Source: an uncultured Methylomirabilota bacterium (lineage in GTDB: Bacteria > Methylomirabilota > Methylomirabilia > Methylomirabilales > 2-02-FULL-66-22). Taken from it: DNA of 64,000 nucleotides. The DNA lies in assembly GCA_963845565.1 (NCBI GenBank), contig CAWJSJ010000004.1:129298-193297 (forward strand), written 5' to 3'. Within the stretch, counting starts at the first letter, position 1. Every line of letters begins with the position of its first letter. Both the position numbers and the translations under genes were made by a program. Positions 40,442 through 50,138 of this stretch are shown one piece after another. A model generated the notes under the pieces. The model made no database searches. It saw only the letters and a list, made by a program, of their open reading frames with translations, and had not been told where the DNA came from.

Positions 40442-40948
40442 ATGTCGCCATCGTCCAACAAGAAGCCGGCTCGGGGAGCGGAGAACAAAACCCTCTGCGC
40501 CAACCGCAAGGCCCGATATGATTATCACATCGAAGAAACCTACGAGGTCGGCATCGCCCTCCTCGGGAGCGAGGTGAAGTCCATCCGGCAGGGGCGCGCC
40601 AACCTGCGCGACAGCTACGCCGCAGTCGAGCGCGGGGAACTCTTCCTGCACAACTGTCACATCAGTCCCTACGAGCAGGCCGGCCAGTTCGCCCCGGATC
40701 CTCTCCGCTCCCGCAAGCTCCTCATGCACCGCGCCGAGATCCAGCGGCTGGTGGGGAAGGTGGAGCAGAAGGGACTCACCCTCGTGCCCCTGAGCCTCTA
40801 TCTGAAAGGCCCGCACGTGAAGGTGAGCTTAGCCCTGGCGCGGGGCAAGCGGGAATACGACCGGCGAGAAGACATCAAGGCGCGCGAGGCGGACCGCGAA
40901 GTGGCCCGGATGTCCCGGGGGCGGGCCAATCGACCGCTCGAATCCTGA
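40442..40948 (+). CDS. smpB: SsrA-binding protein
   Basis: NRKARYDYHIEETYEVGIALLGSEVKSIR...SRKLLMHRAEI. Confidence 0.95.
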   Translation: MSPSSNKKPARGAENKTLCANRKARYDYHIEETYEVGIALLGSEVKSIRQGRANLRDSYAAVERGELFLHNCHISPYEQAGQFAPDPLRSRKLLMHRAEIQRLVGKVEQKGLTLVPLSLYLKGPHVKVSLALARGKREYDRREDIKAREADREVARMSRGRANRPLES

Positions 40949-40967
40949 ACGCCGGCAAGGAGACACG

Positions 40968-41720
40968 ATGAAGATCGCAGCCCATCTCGATCCGGATGTG
41001 ATGGCCAGAGCCGCGGCGGACGCTGCGGCGCAGATCCTGCGGGATGCCCTGCAGCGCCAGGGGCGGGCGGCCTTCGTGGCCGCAACAGGCGCCTCCCAGT
41101 TCAACTTCCTGAAGCACCTGGTGGCCGCGCGGGGCATCGCGTGGGAGCGGACGACGATGTTCCACCTGGACGAGTACATCGGCCTCTCGGCGGAGCATCC
41201 GGCCAGCTTCCGGCGGTACCTGCGCGAGCGACTGACGAGCCAGGTCTCCATCGGGACGGTCTGCTTCGTGGAGGGGGACGCGCCGGACATCGTGGCCGAG
41301 CTCGATCGGCTGAACCGGACCATCGCCGCGGTCCCGATCGATGCCGCCTTCGTGGGGATCGGGGAGAACGGCCACCTGGCCTTCAACGATCCCCCGGCAG
41401 ATTTCGCGGTCGAGACGCCCTTCATCCGTGTGACGCTGGATGAGGCCTGCCGCCGTCAGCAGTTCGGGGAGGGGTGGTTCAAGACGCTGGAGGACGTGCC
41501 GCGGGAGGCCATCTCGATGACCGTGCGGCAGATCATGAAGGCGGCCCACATCATCTGCACGGTCCCCGAGAAGCGTAAGGCGCAGGCCGTCAAGGCCTGC
41601 CTGGAAGGAGAGGTCGGGCCCATGTGCCCTGCCTCCATCTTACGGACCCATCCGTCCTGCCGCCTGTTCCTGGATAAGGACTCTGTCAGTTTGCTCAAGC
41701 CGGCCACACTATCGGCGTGA
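40968..41720 (+). CDS. nagB: Glucosamine-6-phosphate deaminase family protein
   Basis: ATGASQFNFL...MFHLDEYIGL...VGIGENGHLAFNDP. Confidence 0.85.
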   Translation: MKIAAHLDPDVMARAAADAAAQILRDALQRQGRAAFVAATGASQFNFLKHLVAARGIAWERTTMFHLDEYIGLSAEHPASFRRYLRERLTSQVSIGTVCFVEGDAPDIVAELDRLNRTIAAVPIDAAFVGIGENGHLAFNDPPADFAVETPFIRVTLDEACRRQQFGEGWFKTLEDVPREAISMTVRQIMKAAHIICTVPEKRKAQAVKACLEGEVGPMCPASILRTHPSCRLFLDKDSVSLLKPATLSA

Positions 41721-41792
41721 CAGACGAGCCACGAGCCTAGAGCCACGAGCGGCGACCGGAGGGCCGAGAGCGTAGCGGGACGCGGAAGAATT
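41716..41792. repeat. Heptanucleotide-periodic tandem array (11 units)
   Basis: CGTGACA GACGAGC CACGAGC CTAGAGC CACGAGC GGCGACC GGAGGGC CGAGAGC GTAGCGG GACGCGG AAGAATT; shares CCGAGAGCGTAG and GACCGGAGGG with the 18.9-kb array. Confidence 0.75.
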
Positions 41793-41800
41793 CACGTCTC

Positions 41801-41950
41801 CTCAGGCTGCTCAAAACGGTCCAGATGCAAGGCGGAAGGCGCAAGGCGGGTCCCGGCCGCAGGCTGGGTCCAGGCGTACTCCAGGTACGCCGCAACGAGT
41901 GCCTCAGCCTTTCAACGCCGCAGATGGGCCGTTTTCAGCAGCCTGTTAGA
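41801..41950. repeat. ~150-bp palindromic, hairpin-rich dispersed element, copy 2
   Basis: Same termini (CTCAGGCTGCTCAAAA...GCAGATGGGCC.TTTT..GCAGCCTGTTAG); internal hairpins CCCGGCC-GCA-GGCTGGG and GGCGTAC-TCCAG-GTACGCC. Confidence 0.8.
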
Positions 41951-43260
41951 GCGGAGAGCCAGCGGGCGGTGCGGAGGAGCCGGGCATCGTCGCCGCGGCG
42001 TCCGACGAGCTGGACGCCCAGCGGCAGGCCGCGGGGACCATGGAGAAGCGGCAGCGTGACGGCCGGGACCCCGCACAGCGTCCAGGCGGTGCAAAAGATG
42101 GGGCTGCCGGTGGAGGTGAGCCCCGCGGGCGCCTCTCCCGTGGTGGCCGGCGTCAGGATGGCGTCGTACCGCGCGAAGATCGCCTCCAGGGCCTGGATCA
42201 ATCCCCGCACCCTCTCCACGGCCCGAGTGTAATCCACGGCCAGTGTTCGCTGGCCGCGCTCGATCATCGTCCGCAGGGTGTCGCTCAACTGCTCTTTGCC
42301 CTGCCGATACTCCGCATCAAAACTAAAGGCCAGATCGGCTTCCATGATGGTGCGATGCAGGTCCGCGGCCTCGGCGAACGGCGGCGGTAGCGCGACCTCC
42401 TCCGCACAACCGAGGCGGCCCGCGAACTCCGAGAAACGCCGGCGGGTGTCCGGGTCGGCGTCCTCCCAAAACGGCGATTTGACGAACGCCAGCCACGGGC
42501 GGGACGGGGGGTCCTGGTTGGCGGACTCGAGGAAGCGCGGCAGCGATTGGCGTTGCATCGCCGGGTCCCGGCCGTCGTAGACCATCAGGGTGTGGGCAAG
42601 CAGGGCGGCGTCCTCTACGGTGCGCGCGAAGACGCCGACGTGGTCGAGGTGCGGCGACTGGCGGAGCGCGCCGACTCGGGAGATGAGGCCGAATGTCGGC
42701 TTGAACCCCACGACGCCGCAGTACGCGGCCGGTCGGATCACCGAGCCGTTGGTCTGCGACCCGATGGCCAGCGGCACCATCCCGGCGGCGACGGCGGCGG
42801 CCGATCCGCTGGAGGAGCCGCCGGGGGTATGGGCGGGATCGTGCGGATTCCGTGTCTTCCCGGGACTGTAAACGGCCAGTTCGGTCGTCACGGTCTTGCC
42901 GACGATGACCGCTCCCGCGGCGCGAAGCAGCGTCACGGCCATGGCGTCCTCGACCGGTTGTCGGCCGGCGTGCAGGACGGTGCCGTTCTCGGTGGGCATA
43001 TCCGCGGTGTCGAAGATGTCCTTGATGCCGACCGGCAGGCCGTGAAGGGGGCCGAGAAACGTCCGCTGGCCGAGCGCGCGATCCCGATCCCGGGCTTGCG
43101 CCATTGCGCGCTCGGGGTCAAGGAGGGTCCAGGCCTGGACGCGGGGCTCGACGGCCCGGATCCGGTCCAGACACGCGCGGAGCAGCGCGGTGGCATCCAA
43201 CTCGCGCCCCCGGATTGCCCGCAGCGCGTCGCAAGCAGTGAGCGCAGTGAAATCGTTCAT
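41935..43260 (-). CDS. Amidase-signature family amidase
   Basis: [36 protein letters not shown]; last residues and the stop lie inside the repeat element. Confidence 0.85.
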   Translation of the reverse strand: MNDFTALTACDALRAIRGRELDATALLRACLDRIRAVEPRVQAWTLLDPERAMAQARDRDRALGQRTFLGPLHGLPVGIKDIFDTADMPTENGTVLHAGRQPVEDAMAVTLLRAAGAVIVGKTVTTELAVYSPGKTRNPHDPAHTPGGSSSGSAAAVAAGMVPLAIGSQTNGSVIRPAAYCGVVGFKPTFGLISRVGALRQSPHLDHVGVFARTVEDAALLAHTLMVYDGRDPAMQRQSLPRFLESANQDPPSRPWLAFVKSPFWEDADPDTRRRFSEFAGRLGCAEEVALPPPFAEAADLHRTIMEADLAFSFDAEYRQGKEQLSDTLRTMIERGQRTLAVDYTRAVERVRGLIQALEAIFARYDAILTPATTGEAPAGLTSTGSPIFCTAWTLCGVPAVTLPLLHGPRGLPLGVQLVGRRGDDARLLRTARWLSALTGC

Positions 43261-43577
43261 GGGATCCTCGGGGCCGCGACGGACGAGGGTGCAGCGCCGG
43301 TGCACGCCGGCGCTGCAGAGGGCTTCGGGGGAGACAGATACCGCAAGTGGCGTCCGTCGTCAAGCGAATCGGGGGCGTGTCGCGCACAGTGGTGCGGTAC
43401 GCGGTCAGGGTTGACGAGTCGGACGCATGCGACTTGCGCCTGACAAGCGGGCGGGAGTGTAGTACCCTCGTGTCACCCGGACGCCGTGCCCGAGTCCTGC
43501 GAGGAGGGCGGTCACCCCGGGCGGGGCATGGGCGCGCACTCGAGGCGAAATGGCTGCCGAACGACAGGGAGGAGACG

Positions 43578-44807
43578 ATGCGGAAGATCAGCGTGCGGAA
43601 TCCGGTGGTGGAACTCGACGGCGACGAAATGACCCGGATCATCTGGAAGGCGATCAAGGAGAAGCTCATCTCTCCATACGTGGATCTCGATCTCAAATAC
43701 TATGATCTCGGCATCGAGAGTCGCGATCGCACCGACGACCGGATCACCGTGGAGGCCGCCGAGGCGATCAAGCGCTACCGGGTCGGCGTCAAGTGCGCGA
43801 CCATCACGCCGGACGACAACCGGATGAAGGAGTTCACCCTCAAGCGGATGTACAAGTCCCCCAACGGGACCATCCGGAACATCCTCACCGGTACCGTCTT
43901 CCGGGAGCCCATCGTCTGCAAGAACGTCCCCCGCCTGATTCCGAGCTGGACCAAGCCGATCTGCATCGGGCGCCACGCCTTCGGCGATCAGTATGTGGCG
44001 ACCGATTTCGTGGTGCCGGGCAACGGCAAGCTGACGATCACCTTCACGCCCGAAGGCGGCGGAGAGCCGACGACCTACGAGGCCTACCAGTTCAAGACCG
44101 GGGGCGGGGTGGCGCTGGCGATGTACAACACCGAGGAGTCCATTCGCGGCTTCGCGCACGCCTGCTTCAACCAGGCGCTGCTGAAGGGGTGGCCCCTGTA
44201 CCTCTCCACCAAGGATACCATCCTCAAGAAATACGACGGACGCTTCAAGGATATCTTTCGGGAGATCTACGAGGGCGAGTATCGGCAGCGTTTCGAGGCG
44301 GCCGGGATCTCCTACGAGCACCGGCTCATCGACGACATGATTGCCTCCTCCCTGAAAATGGCCGGGGCGTTTGTCTGGGCATGCAAGAATTACGATGGGG
44401 ATAACGCGTCCGACATGATCGCACAAGGGTTCGGCTCCTTGGGACTCATGACCTCGACACTCATCACGCCCGACGGGGGAACCATGGAGGCCGAGGCCGC
44501 CCACGGAACGGTCACGCGCCACTTCCGCGACCACCAGCAGGGCAAGCGCACATCCACCAACCCCATCGCCTCGATCTTCGCGTGGACCCGCGGACTGGCC
44601 TTCCGGGGCCGGCTCGACGACAACCGGGAGCTCGTCGGGTTCTGCGAGACCCTGGAGAAGGTCTGCGTGGAGACCGTGGAATCGGGCAAGATGACCAAGG
44701 ACCTCGCCGTGTGCATCCACGGCAAGGACGTGAAGCCCGCGCACTATCTCTACACCGAGGACTTCCTGGCGGCCTTGGACAAGAACTTGCGGGCTCGACT
44801 GGGGTGA
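43578..44807 (+). CDS. icd: NADP-dependent isocitrate dehydrogenase (eukaryote-like dimeric type)
   Basis: [14 protein letters not shown]...[10 protein letters not shown]...[10 protein letters not shown]...[10 protein letters not shown]. Confidence 0.95.
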   Translation: MRKISVRNPVVELDGDEMTRIIWKAIKEKLISPYVDLDLKYYDLGIESRDRTDDRITVEAAEAIKRYRVGVKCATITPDDNRMKEFTLKRMYKSPNGTIRNILTGTVFREPIVCKNVPRLIPSWTKPICIGRHAFGDQYVATDFVVPGNGKLTITFTPEGGGEPTTYEAYQFKTGGGVALAMYNTEESIRGFAHACFNQALLKGWPLYLSTKDTILKKYDGRFKDIFREIYEGEYRQRFEAAGISYEHRLIDDMIASSLKMAGAFVWACKNYDGDNASDMIAQGFGSLGLMTSTLITPDGGTMEAEAAHGTVTRHFRDHQQGKRTSTNPIASIFAWTRGLAFRGRLDDNRELVGFCETLEKVCVETVESGKMTKDLAVCIHGKDVKPAHYLYTEDFLAALDKNLRARLG

Positions 44808-44855
44808 GCAAGGCGGCGGGATCAGAGACGACGGCGCGGTGCGCGCCGCATCGTC

Positions 44856-45911
44856 TCATGCCTCGAAGGGAATCCCGACGCTCGCTCCCAGCTTGGTCAG
44901 GTCGTTGACGACGGCGTCGCTCAGCGGGATGCCCTGTTCTCGCCGCTCCTGCTCCGTGAGGAACTCGGGTTCCCCGGCCACCATGATCTTGCTGAATCCC
45001 TTCGCCAGGGGTTCCGCCTTGACCTCGCGGATCATGGCATCCATGTTGGCCTTGAATTCGGCGGCGGGCCGGAACCGATCGATCCGGATCGCGCCGAAGA
45101 AATGGCCGACCCCTTGGTTGCGTGTGGGGTTGTTGTACAACTCCCCGACATGCGGCCCGAAGGGACCGCCGGCCAGCGTGGCCGTCAGCACCTCGATGGC
45201 CATCGCCAGGCCGAAGCCCTTGTGACCGCCCAGCGGGAGCAGCGCGCCCTCGTTGGCTTCCTTGGCGCTGGTGGTCGGCTCGCCGTCCTTGTTGAGACCC
45301 CAGGAGATGGGGATGGTCTCGCCCTTCTTCGCCGCCAGGATGATGGCGCCCCGGGCGACGACGCTGGTGGCCATGTCCAGGACGAACGGCTTCTCCTCGC
45401 CGGCGGGCACCGCGATGGCCAGGGGGTTGGTCCCGAAGAAGGCCTTGCGCCCGCCCCATGGCGCCATCAGGGAGGGGGAGTTGGTGAGCGAGATGCCGAT
45501 CATGTCCTGGTCCAGCGCCATCATGGCATAGTACGCGGCCGTTCCAAAGTGCGTGGAATTCTTGGCCGTCACCATCCCGATGCCCGCCGATCCGGCCTTG
45601 GCAATGGCGAGCCGCATGGCCCGGGTGCCGACCACCTGCCCGAGGCCGTCCTGCCCATCGTAGACGGCCGTCGTCGGCGTCTCGGCGCTCACGACCCCCT
45701 GCGCGCGCCCGTTGGTGAGCCCGGCCCGCAGCCGCTCCACGTAGATGGGGAGCCGGGTGATGCCGTGCGTGTCCACGCCGCGCAGGTTGGCCGCCAGGAG
45801 TGAGTGGGCCACGATCTCGGCGTTCTCCCTGGGCACGCCCGCCTTTTCCAGCGCCGCCACGCAAAATGCCGAGAGTTGTGATGACTTGAAGCGACGTCCG
45901 GTGTCTTCCAT
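44856..45911 (-). CDS. Ldh_2 family (malate/L-lactate/sulfolactate-type) dehydrogenase
   Basis: LLAANLRGVDTHGITRLPIYVERL; 351 aa. Confidence 0.85.
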   Translation of the reverse strand: MEDTGRRFKSSQLSAFCVAALEKAGVPRENAEIVAHSLLAANLRGVDTHGITRLPIYVERLRAGLTNGRAQGVVSAETPTTAVYDGQDGLGQVVGTRAMRLAIAKAGSAGIGMVTAKNSTHFGTAAYYAMMALDQDMIGISLTNSPSLMAPWGGRKAFFGTNPLAIAVPAGEEKPFVLDMATSVVARGAIILAAKKGETIPISWGLNKDGEPTTSAKEANEGALLPLGGHKGFGLAMAIEVLTATLAGGPFGPHVGELYNNPTRNQGVGHFFGAIRIDRFRPAAEFKANMDAMIREVKAEPLAKGFSKIMVAGEPEFLTEQERREQGIPLSDAVVNDLTKLGASVGIPFEA

Positions 45912-46192
45912 GCTGTCAGCCTCCGTGTGTTTTTGCGTCCGCGATCCGTGGGGTCCGCTGAACCTTCGGTCGGCCCGGCCCGAATGGGCGGAGGATGCCG
46001 CAGGCTGCCAGGGCAGTCAAGGGCAAACTGGGGCCCGTGGACCGGTTGCCAGGTGGCCGAGGCGAACGTGCCAGGCGGGCGGAGGAATTCCCCATCTCTT
46101 GGTTCCTGACTGACAGCCGGGCATGAATATGGTATAAATGACGCAGCATTGTGTGAACTGCGAATCGTCATCCTTTCGTTGAGGAGGTCGTA

Positions 46193-47095
46193 ATGGCAAA
46201 AGCTCGGGTGTCCATGGCAGGCATCTTTCCGCCCATTCCCACGCCCTTCGATGCGGCGGAGGAGCTGGATCTCAAGGCGTTGGCCGGCAACATCGAGAAG
46301 TGGAACAAGACGCCGATCAACGGGTACGTCGTGCTGGGATCCAACGGCGAAATGACCTACCTGTCCGAGGCGGAGAAGGTGGCGGTGTACGAGACGGCGC
46401 GGAAGCACATCCCGTCGAGCAAGCTCATGATGGCGGGCTGCGGTTGTGAGTCCACCCACAGCAGCATCCAGCTCACCAAGAAGGCGGCGGCGATCGGGGC
46501 GGACGTGGCGCTCTTCATCAGCCCCTGCTACTACAAGTCGAAGATGGACAACGCCGCGCTCGCGGACTACTACACGCGCCTCGCCGATGCCTCGCCGATC
46601 CCGGTGAGCGTGTACAACTTCCCGGCGAACACGGGCATTGACATGACGGCGGAGCTGGTCATCAAGCTGTCGCAGCACCCGAACATCGCGGCCGTCAAGG
46701 AGAGCGGCGGCAACGTGGTGAAGATGGGCGAGATCATCAAGAACGTCCGCCCGGACTTCCAGGTGCTGGCGGGATCGGCCGGGTTCCTGTACCCGTCCCT
46801 GGTCCTCGGCGCCGTGGGCGGCGTCCTGGCCCTGGCCAACATCGCGCCGCAGCAGTGCTGCGACATCCTCGCCTTTGCCAAGGCGGGGAAGCACGAGGAG
46901 GCTCGCCAGCTCCAGCTCCGGATGATCGCGCCGAACACCGCGGTCACCGCGGGCTTCGGCGTGGCCGGGTTGAAGGCTGCCATGGACATGCTGGGCATGG
47001 TCGGCGGCAAGCCGCGGAGCCCGATGCAGCCGCTCAGCGACGAGCAAAAGGCGAAGCTCAAGGGCATCCTGCAGACCGCGGGCATTCTGCAGTAG
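46193..47095 (+). CDS. Dihydrodipicolinate synthase/N-acetylneuraminate lyase family protein
   Basis: GIFPPIPTPF...GYVVLGSNGEMTYLS... Confidence 0.85.
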   Translation: MAKARVSMAGIFPPIPTPFDAAEELDLKALAGNIEKWNKTPINGYVVLGSNGEMTYLSEAEKVAVYETARKHIPSSKLMMAGCGCESTHSSIQLTKKAAAIGADVALFISPCYYKSKMDNAALADYYTRLADASPIPVSVYNFPANTGIDMTAELVIKLSQHPNIAAVKESGGNVVKMGEIIKNVRPDFQVLAGSAGFLYPSLVLGAVGGVLALANIAPQQCCDILAFAKAGKHEEARQLQLRMIAPNTAVTAGFGVAGLKAAMDMLGMVGGKPRSPMQPLSDEQKAKLKGILQTAGILQ

Positions 47096-47122
47096 TGTCC
47101 GATCTCCGTGGGCAATGGTTTT

Positions 47123-47157
47123 CTGCCAGCTGTCACCTGCCCGCTGCCAGCTGGCTT
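47123..47157. repeat. 35-bp CTGCCAG heptad module
   Basis: CTGCCAG CTGTCAC CTGCCCG CTGCCAG CTGGCTT, ending 5 nt before the tmRNA 5' end. Confidence 0.75.
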
Positions 47158-47162
47158 TTCAA

Positions 47163-47512
47163 GGGGGTGCAACGGTTTCGACGGGGGCAAGGGGGTACAG
47201 GTGGCATGCCGAGTCCCCACCGGCTCGTAAAAGGTGGGAAAAACACAACTGCCAATAACGAATTGGCCCTCGCTGCCTAACTAGCAGCGACGTCCCCCTT
47301 GCCCCGCTTGCCGGGTGAGATCGGGGCGTCATAAAGGCAAGCTAGGCTAGCCGATCCCGGCCCGGGGTCGGCCGGATGAAAACCAATGGGCTGGTCGTCG
47401 GGAGCCCTGCCGGCGGGGTTACCTGGCGACGAGAAAAAAACGCCGGCTACGCATGTAGAAGCCTGTACTGACAGGTTCTCGGACGGGGGTTCGACTCCCC
47501 CCACCTCCACCA
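47163..47512 (+). ncRNA. ssrA: tmRNA (SsrA), tag ANNELALAA
   Basis: 5' GGGGGTGCAACGGTTTCGACGGGGG pairs with 3' ...CACCTCCACCA (G3:U pair); tag ORF GCC AAT AAC GAA TTG GCC CTC GCT GCC TAA at 47251-47280; T-arm GGGGGTTCGACTCCCCC. Confidence 0.95.
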
Positions 47513-47516
47513 GAAC

Positions 47517-47550
47517 GAACGGGCTCCCCTCGGGGAGCCCGTTCGATTTT
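47517..47550 (+). terminator. Rho-independent terminator of ssrA
   Basis: GAACGGGCTCCCC-TC-GGGGAGCCCGTTC followed by GATTTT. Confidence 0.8.
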
Positions 47551-47594
47551 GCTGATACGGGCCGGGACGACTGGCGGGCAATAATAAGCGCCGT

Positions 47595-47628
47595 AACGGG
47601 CTCCCCTCGGGGAGCCCGTTTCGTTTTA
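47595..47628 (+). terminator. Second copy of the same terminator hairpin
   Basis: AACGGGCTCCCCTCGGGGAGCCCGTT (26 nt identical to the first) followed by TCGTTTTA. Confidence 0.6.
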
Positions 47629-47841
47629 TGCCATTGTGACGGTTTCGTTCATCAAGCCCGGCCGCCTGTCACCTACCCGCGGCCGGCCGGTCTTCAGTCC
47701 TCTGCCTTCCGCCTCCTGCTCTTCCCTCATCGACGAATTGACGAACGGCCTGCTTGACGAACTGACCCGTCGCCGTTTACCGCCTGCCCCCGCCCTTCGG
47801 CTCTCGGCACTCGGCTCTACAGACTCGCGCAGTGACCCCGG

Positions 47842-48123
47842 ATGTCACAGCCCTCTTGTATGATCCCGCCAGACGAGAGCCACCAGGGCGGGCGAGCGCG
47901 AATCAGCGGACGCGGCACCCTGGAGTCAGGGGAGGAGGACACCCATGCGGATGTACGAGCTGTGGAAACGGCGACGCCGGAGCGGGAGCCGCGCCGACTC
48001 GAAGACGCGGGCGGGCCGGTGCTGTTCGACCGGTCCTGTGACGCGGAGGCGTACTCGGCGGAGGATCGGGACCGCTGGGAGGCGCGCTTCACCATCGTGC
48101 CGGTCACGGTCGGCCGGGCCTGA
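47842..48123 (+). CDS. Small hypothetical protein upstream of the ClpP-fold protease
   Basis: High GC3 in the C-terminal half (VLFDRSCDAEAYSAEDRDRWEARFTIVPVTVGRA). A strong GGAGGAGG-ATG at 47945 is in another frame, so the start or frame is unresolved. Confidence 0.3.
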   Translation: MSQPSCMIPPDESHQGGRARISGRGTLESGEEDTHADVRAVETATPEREPRRLEDAGGPVLFDRSCDAEAYSAEDRDRWEARFTIVPVTVGRA

Positions 48124-48174
48124 ATCGGCCGGGGGCACTCGTTGACGCAAACCCCGCAGGACAAGGAGGTGTCC

Positions 48175-49119
48175 ATGACGACTTCCGAACAGCAGGTTCC
48201 CACGGCGGCGGAGCGCATTCGCGAGGCGGCGGCGGCGTTGGCGCGCCACCGGGGCGGCCCGTGTCTGGTCTTTGTCAGCCGGTCCCTGGTCCACGCGGAC
48301 ATCCTCACCGTCCGGACCGCGCTCGGGAGTGCCCGCGGGGACCATCTCGATATGATCGTGGCCGGCCCGGGCGGGCGGAGCGAGGCCGCGTACCTCCTCG
48401 CCCGGGAGCTCCGGCGCCGGTTCGCGCGCCTGACGGCCTATGTGCCCTTCGAGGCGAAGAGTGCGGCCACGCTCCTGTGTCTCGCCGCGGACGAGCTGGT
48501 CCTGGGCGACCTGGGGGAACTGGGCCCCCTCGATCAGCAGTACGAGGCGAAGCAGACCGCCGACTACCCTCTGAGCACCTCCCAGCTGCTCCCCGGGGTC
48601 GCGCTCCGTCAGCTCCAGGACGGGGCCACGGCGTGCTATGACGCCCTGGTGCGCCGGATCGTGAAGGAGAGCGGCCTCCGGCCGCTCGAGGCGGGCAGCA
48701 AGGCCGCCGAGCTCGTCGGGACCCTGTATGCGCCCCTCGTCCAGCAGCTCGACCCAACCCGGTTGGCGGAGTGTGCCCGCGGGTTGGCCGTGGGGAAGGC
48801 GTACGCCGAACGGGTGCTGCGGCGCTACCGGCCCGCCCTCTGGGCGGAATCCGGCCCCCAGCTCCTGGACCGCCTGGTGCAGGACTACGCGACCCACAAC
48901 TTTGTCCTCGATCGCGAGGAACTCGCGGAGGTGGGCCTCCCCACCCGGGCGCCCGACGACACGGAGGCGGCTCTGCTGAACCAGCTCGCCCTCGCGCTGA
49001 TTGCGTTCGGAACGGACGACGACCTGATCGCCCTCGTGACTGCGGGCCGACGGGACCCCCACGCTGGCGGCTGCCGGTTCCAGCCAGGCGCGGGGACACA
49101 CGCCGCGGAAAACACTTAG
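48175..49119 (+). CDS. ClpP/SppA-fold serine proteinase (SDH-family-like)
   Basis: DMIVAGPGGRSEAAYLLARELRRRF..LTAYVPFEAKSAATLLCLAADELVLGDLGELGPLDQQ resembles the SDH proteinase core; GGAGG RBS before ATG 48175. Confidence 0.55.
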   Translation: MTTSEQQVPTAAERIREAAAALARHRGGPCLVFVSRSLVHADILTVRTALGSARGDHLDMIVAGPGGRSEAAYLLARELRRRFARLTAYVPFEAKSAATLLCLAADELVLGDLGELGPLDQQYEAKQTADYPLSTSQLLPGVALRQLQDGATACYDALVRRIVKESGLRPLEAGSKAAELVGTLYAPLVQQLDPTRLAECARGLAVGKAYAERVLRRYRPALWAESGPQLLDRLVQDYATHNFVLDREELAEVGLPTRAPDDTEAALLNQLALALIAFGTDDDLIALVTAGRRDPHAGGCRFQPGAGTHAAENT

Positions 49120-49470
49120 GGGGCGCGCAGGTCGCACTACATAGAAGGGACGATCTCAATGCGAACTGCGGGACGGCACCGGCGGCTCGCGGCGGTTCTG
49201 CTGTGTGCGGTGATTGTGGCAGGGTGCGCGCTGTGCCGGCTTCATGGTTGACATTCTCACCAAGACACAACACTCTGAGATGCGCCCGGAGTTGATGGAG
49301 CGTTTCGAGCATTCGCTCCTGATCCACGGTGGCGCGCGCTGAACGACTTGGCTGCGGCGTGGCGGCCGTGGCGTGGACTTCAGGGTCCTCCCAGCATCAA
49401 TGGCACCGTTTCCGACTAGGCGGGAGGGAGTGCAGACGGTATAATATCCTTACGAGGGACGGTAGGAACA

Positions 49471-49670
49471 ATGATCTATCGTATTGCGCTTCGAGCATCG
49501 GAGGAAGGGTATCAGCGCGTCGGTGCCGGGCTTGCCTGGCTGTTGGTCGCAGGGGGCCACCGAAGCGGGAAGCGCTGGAGAACATCCGGGAGGCTATCCG
49601 GGAGTACCTTGCGGTCGCCGCGGAATTGACCCAGGGTGCCGAGATGCGTGAAGTTGACGTTGCGGTCTAG
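49471..49670 (+). pseudogene. hicB: HicB-family antitoxin, two frame changes
   Basis: MIYRIALRASEEGY / SASVPGLPGCWSQGATEA / EALENIREAIREYLAVAAEL... are readable only by switching frames twice. Confidence 0.7.
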
Positions 49671-49672
49671 CC

Positions 49673-49782
49673 ATGGGAAAGTTTCCCGGCATCAACCATC
49701 TGGATGCCGTCCGCGCCCTCCAGAAAGCTGGTTTCCGCATCGCTCGCCAAGGTAAACACTTGTCATGACTGACGGCGTCCGC
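49673..49782 (+). pseudogene. hicA: HicA-family toxin, frame-shifted and 3'-truncated
   Basis: MGKFPGINHLDAVRALQKAGFRIARQGKHL then (frame change) VMTDGVR; homology ends where the HD-like remnant begins. Confidence 0.6.
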
Positions 49783-50026
49783 ATGCGAGCGCGGCACCCC
49801 GCCGACCGTGGTCGCGGTCCGATTGTCGTTCACCCGACGCGCGTCATGGAGGACCGAGAACAGCTCCACGACGTCGGGGTCGGCTCACCGTCGTGCGGCG
49901 AGGCGGAGGCCGATCGTTCGCACGCGCGCCCAGTGGGAGATGCCATGGATCCCGTCTCCACTCGAGTCGATGCAGCTGGCGGATCGCGTCGAGGAGCGGG
50001 CCGGTCGACGCAGACGGCCGTGTCAT
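49780..50026 (-). pseudogene. Decayed 5' fragment of an HD-like gene (paralogue of 58891-59427)
   Basis: Across three frames: LLDAIRQLHRLEW / GDGIHGISHWARVRTIGLRLAARR / VVELFSVLHDARRVND / DRDHGRRGAAL, versus the intact IWTIHAIRAQYTLPWRGTHGITHWARVREAGLRLAARTGANLAVVELFAVLHDARRRNEGVDPGHGGRGADF. Confidence 0.65.
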
Positions 50027-50099
50027 CCGCGTGGGCCTTCAGCTTGCCACCTCGCCCGCTCGGCCAATGGACGCATCGACGCGTAGACTCTGTCGCTCC

Positions 50100-50127
50100 C
50101 TGCCAGCCGCCAGCTGTCTACTGCCAG
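50100..50127. repeat. CTGCCAG heptad module
   Basis: CTGCCAG CCGCCAG CTGTCTA CTGCCAG, directly 3' of the WYL gene stop. Confidence 0.6.
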
Positions 50128-50138
50128 CGTCCCCCAGG

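Noticed and set aside
47096-47162. Sigma-54 or sigma-70 promoter reading of the CTGCCAG modules
   Set aside because: No convincing TGGCAC-N5-TTGC or TTGACA/TATAAT match could be aligned. The function is left open.
47513-49200. Integrase and att repeat expected for a tmRNA-targeted genomic island
   Set aside because: I looked for a recombinase ORF and a second copy of the ssrA 3' end and found neither in the window. The island interpretation is therefore kept as a hypothesis only.
49159-49330. 30-codon ORF with a lipoprotein-like signal (MRTAGRHRRLAAVLLCAVIVAGC...) followed by a short frame reminiscent of a Vsr N-terminus (DILTKTQHSE..RPEL)
   Set aside because: Too short and too weakly similar to call. 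Probably another gene fragment in the mosaic, but unsupported.
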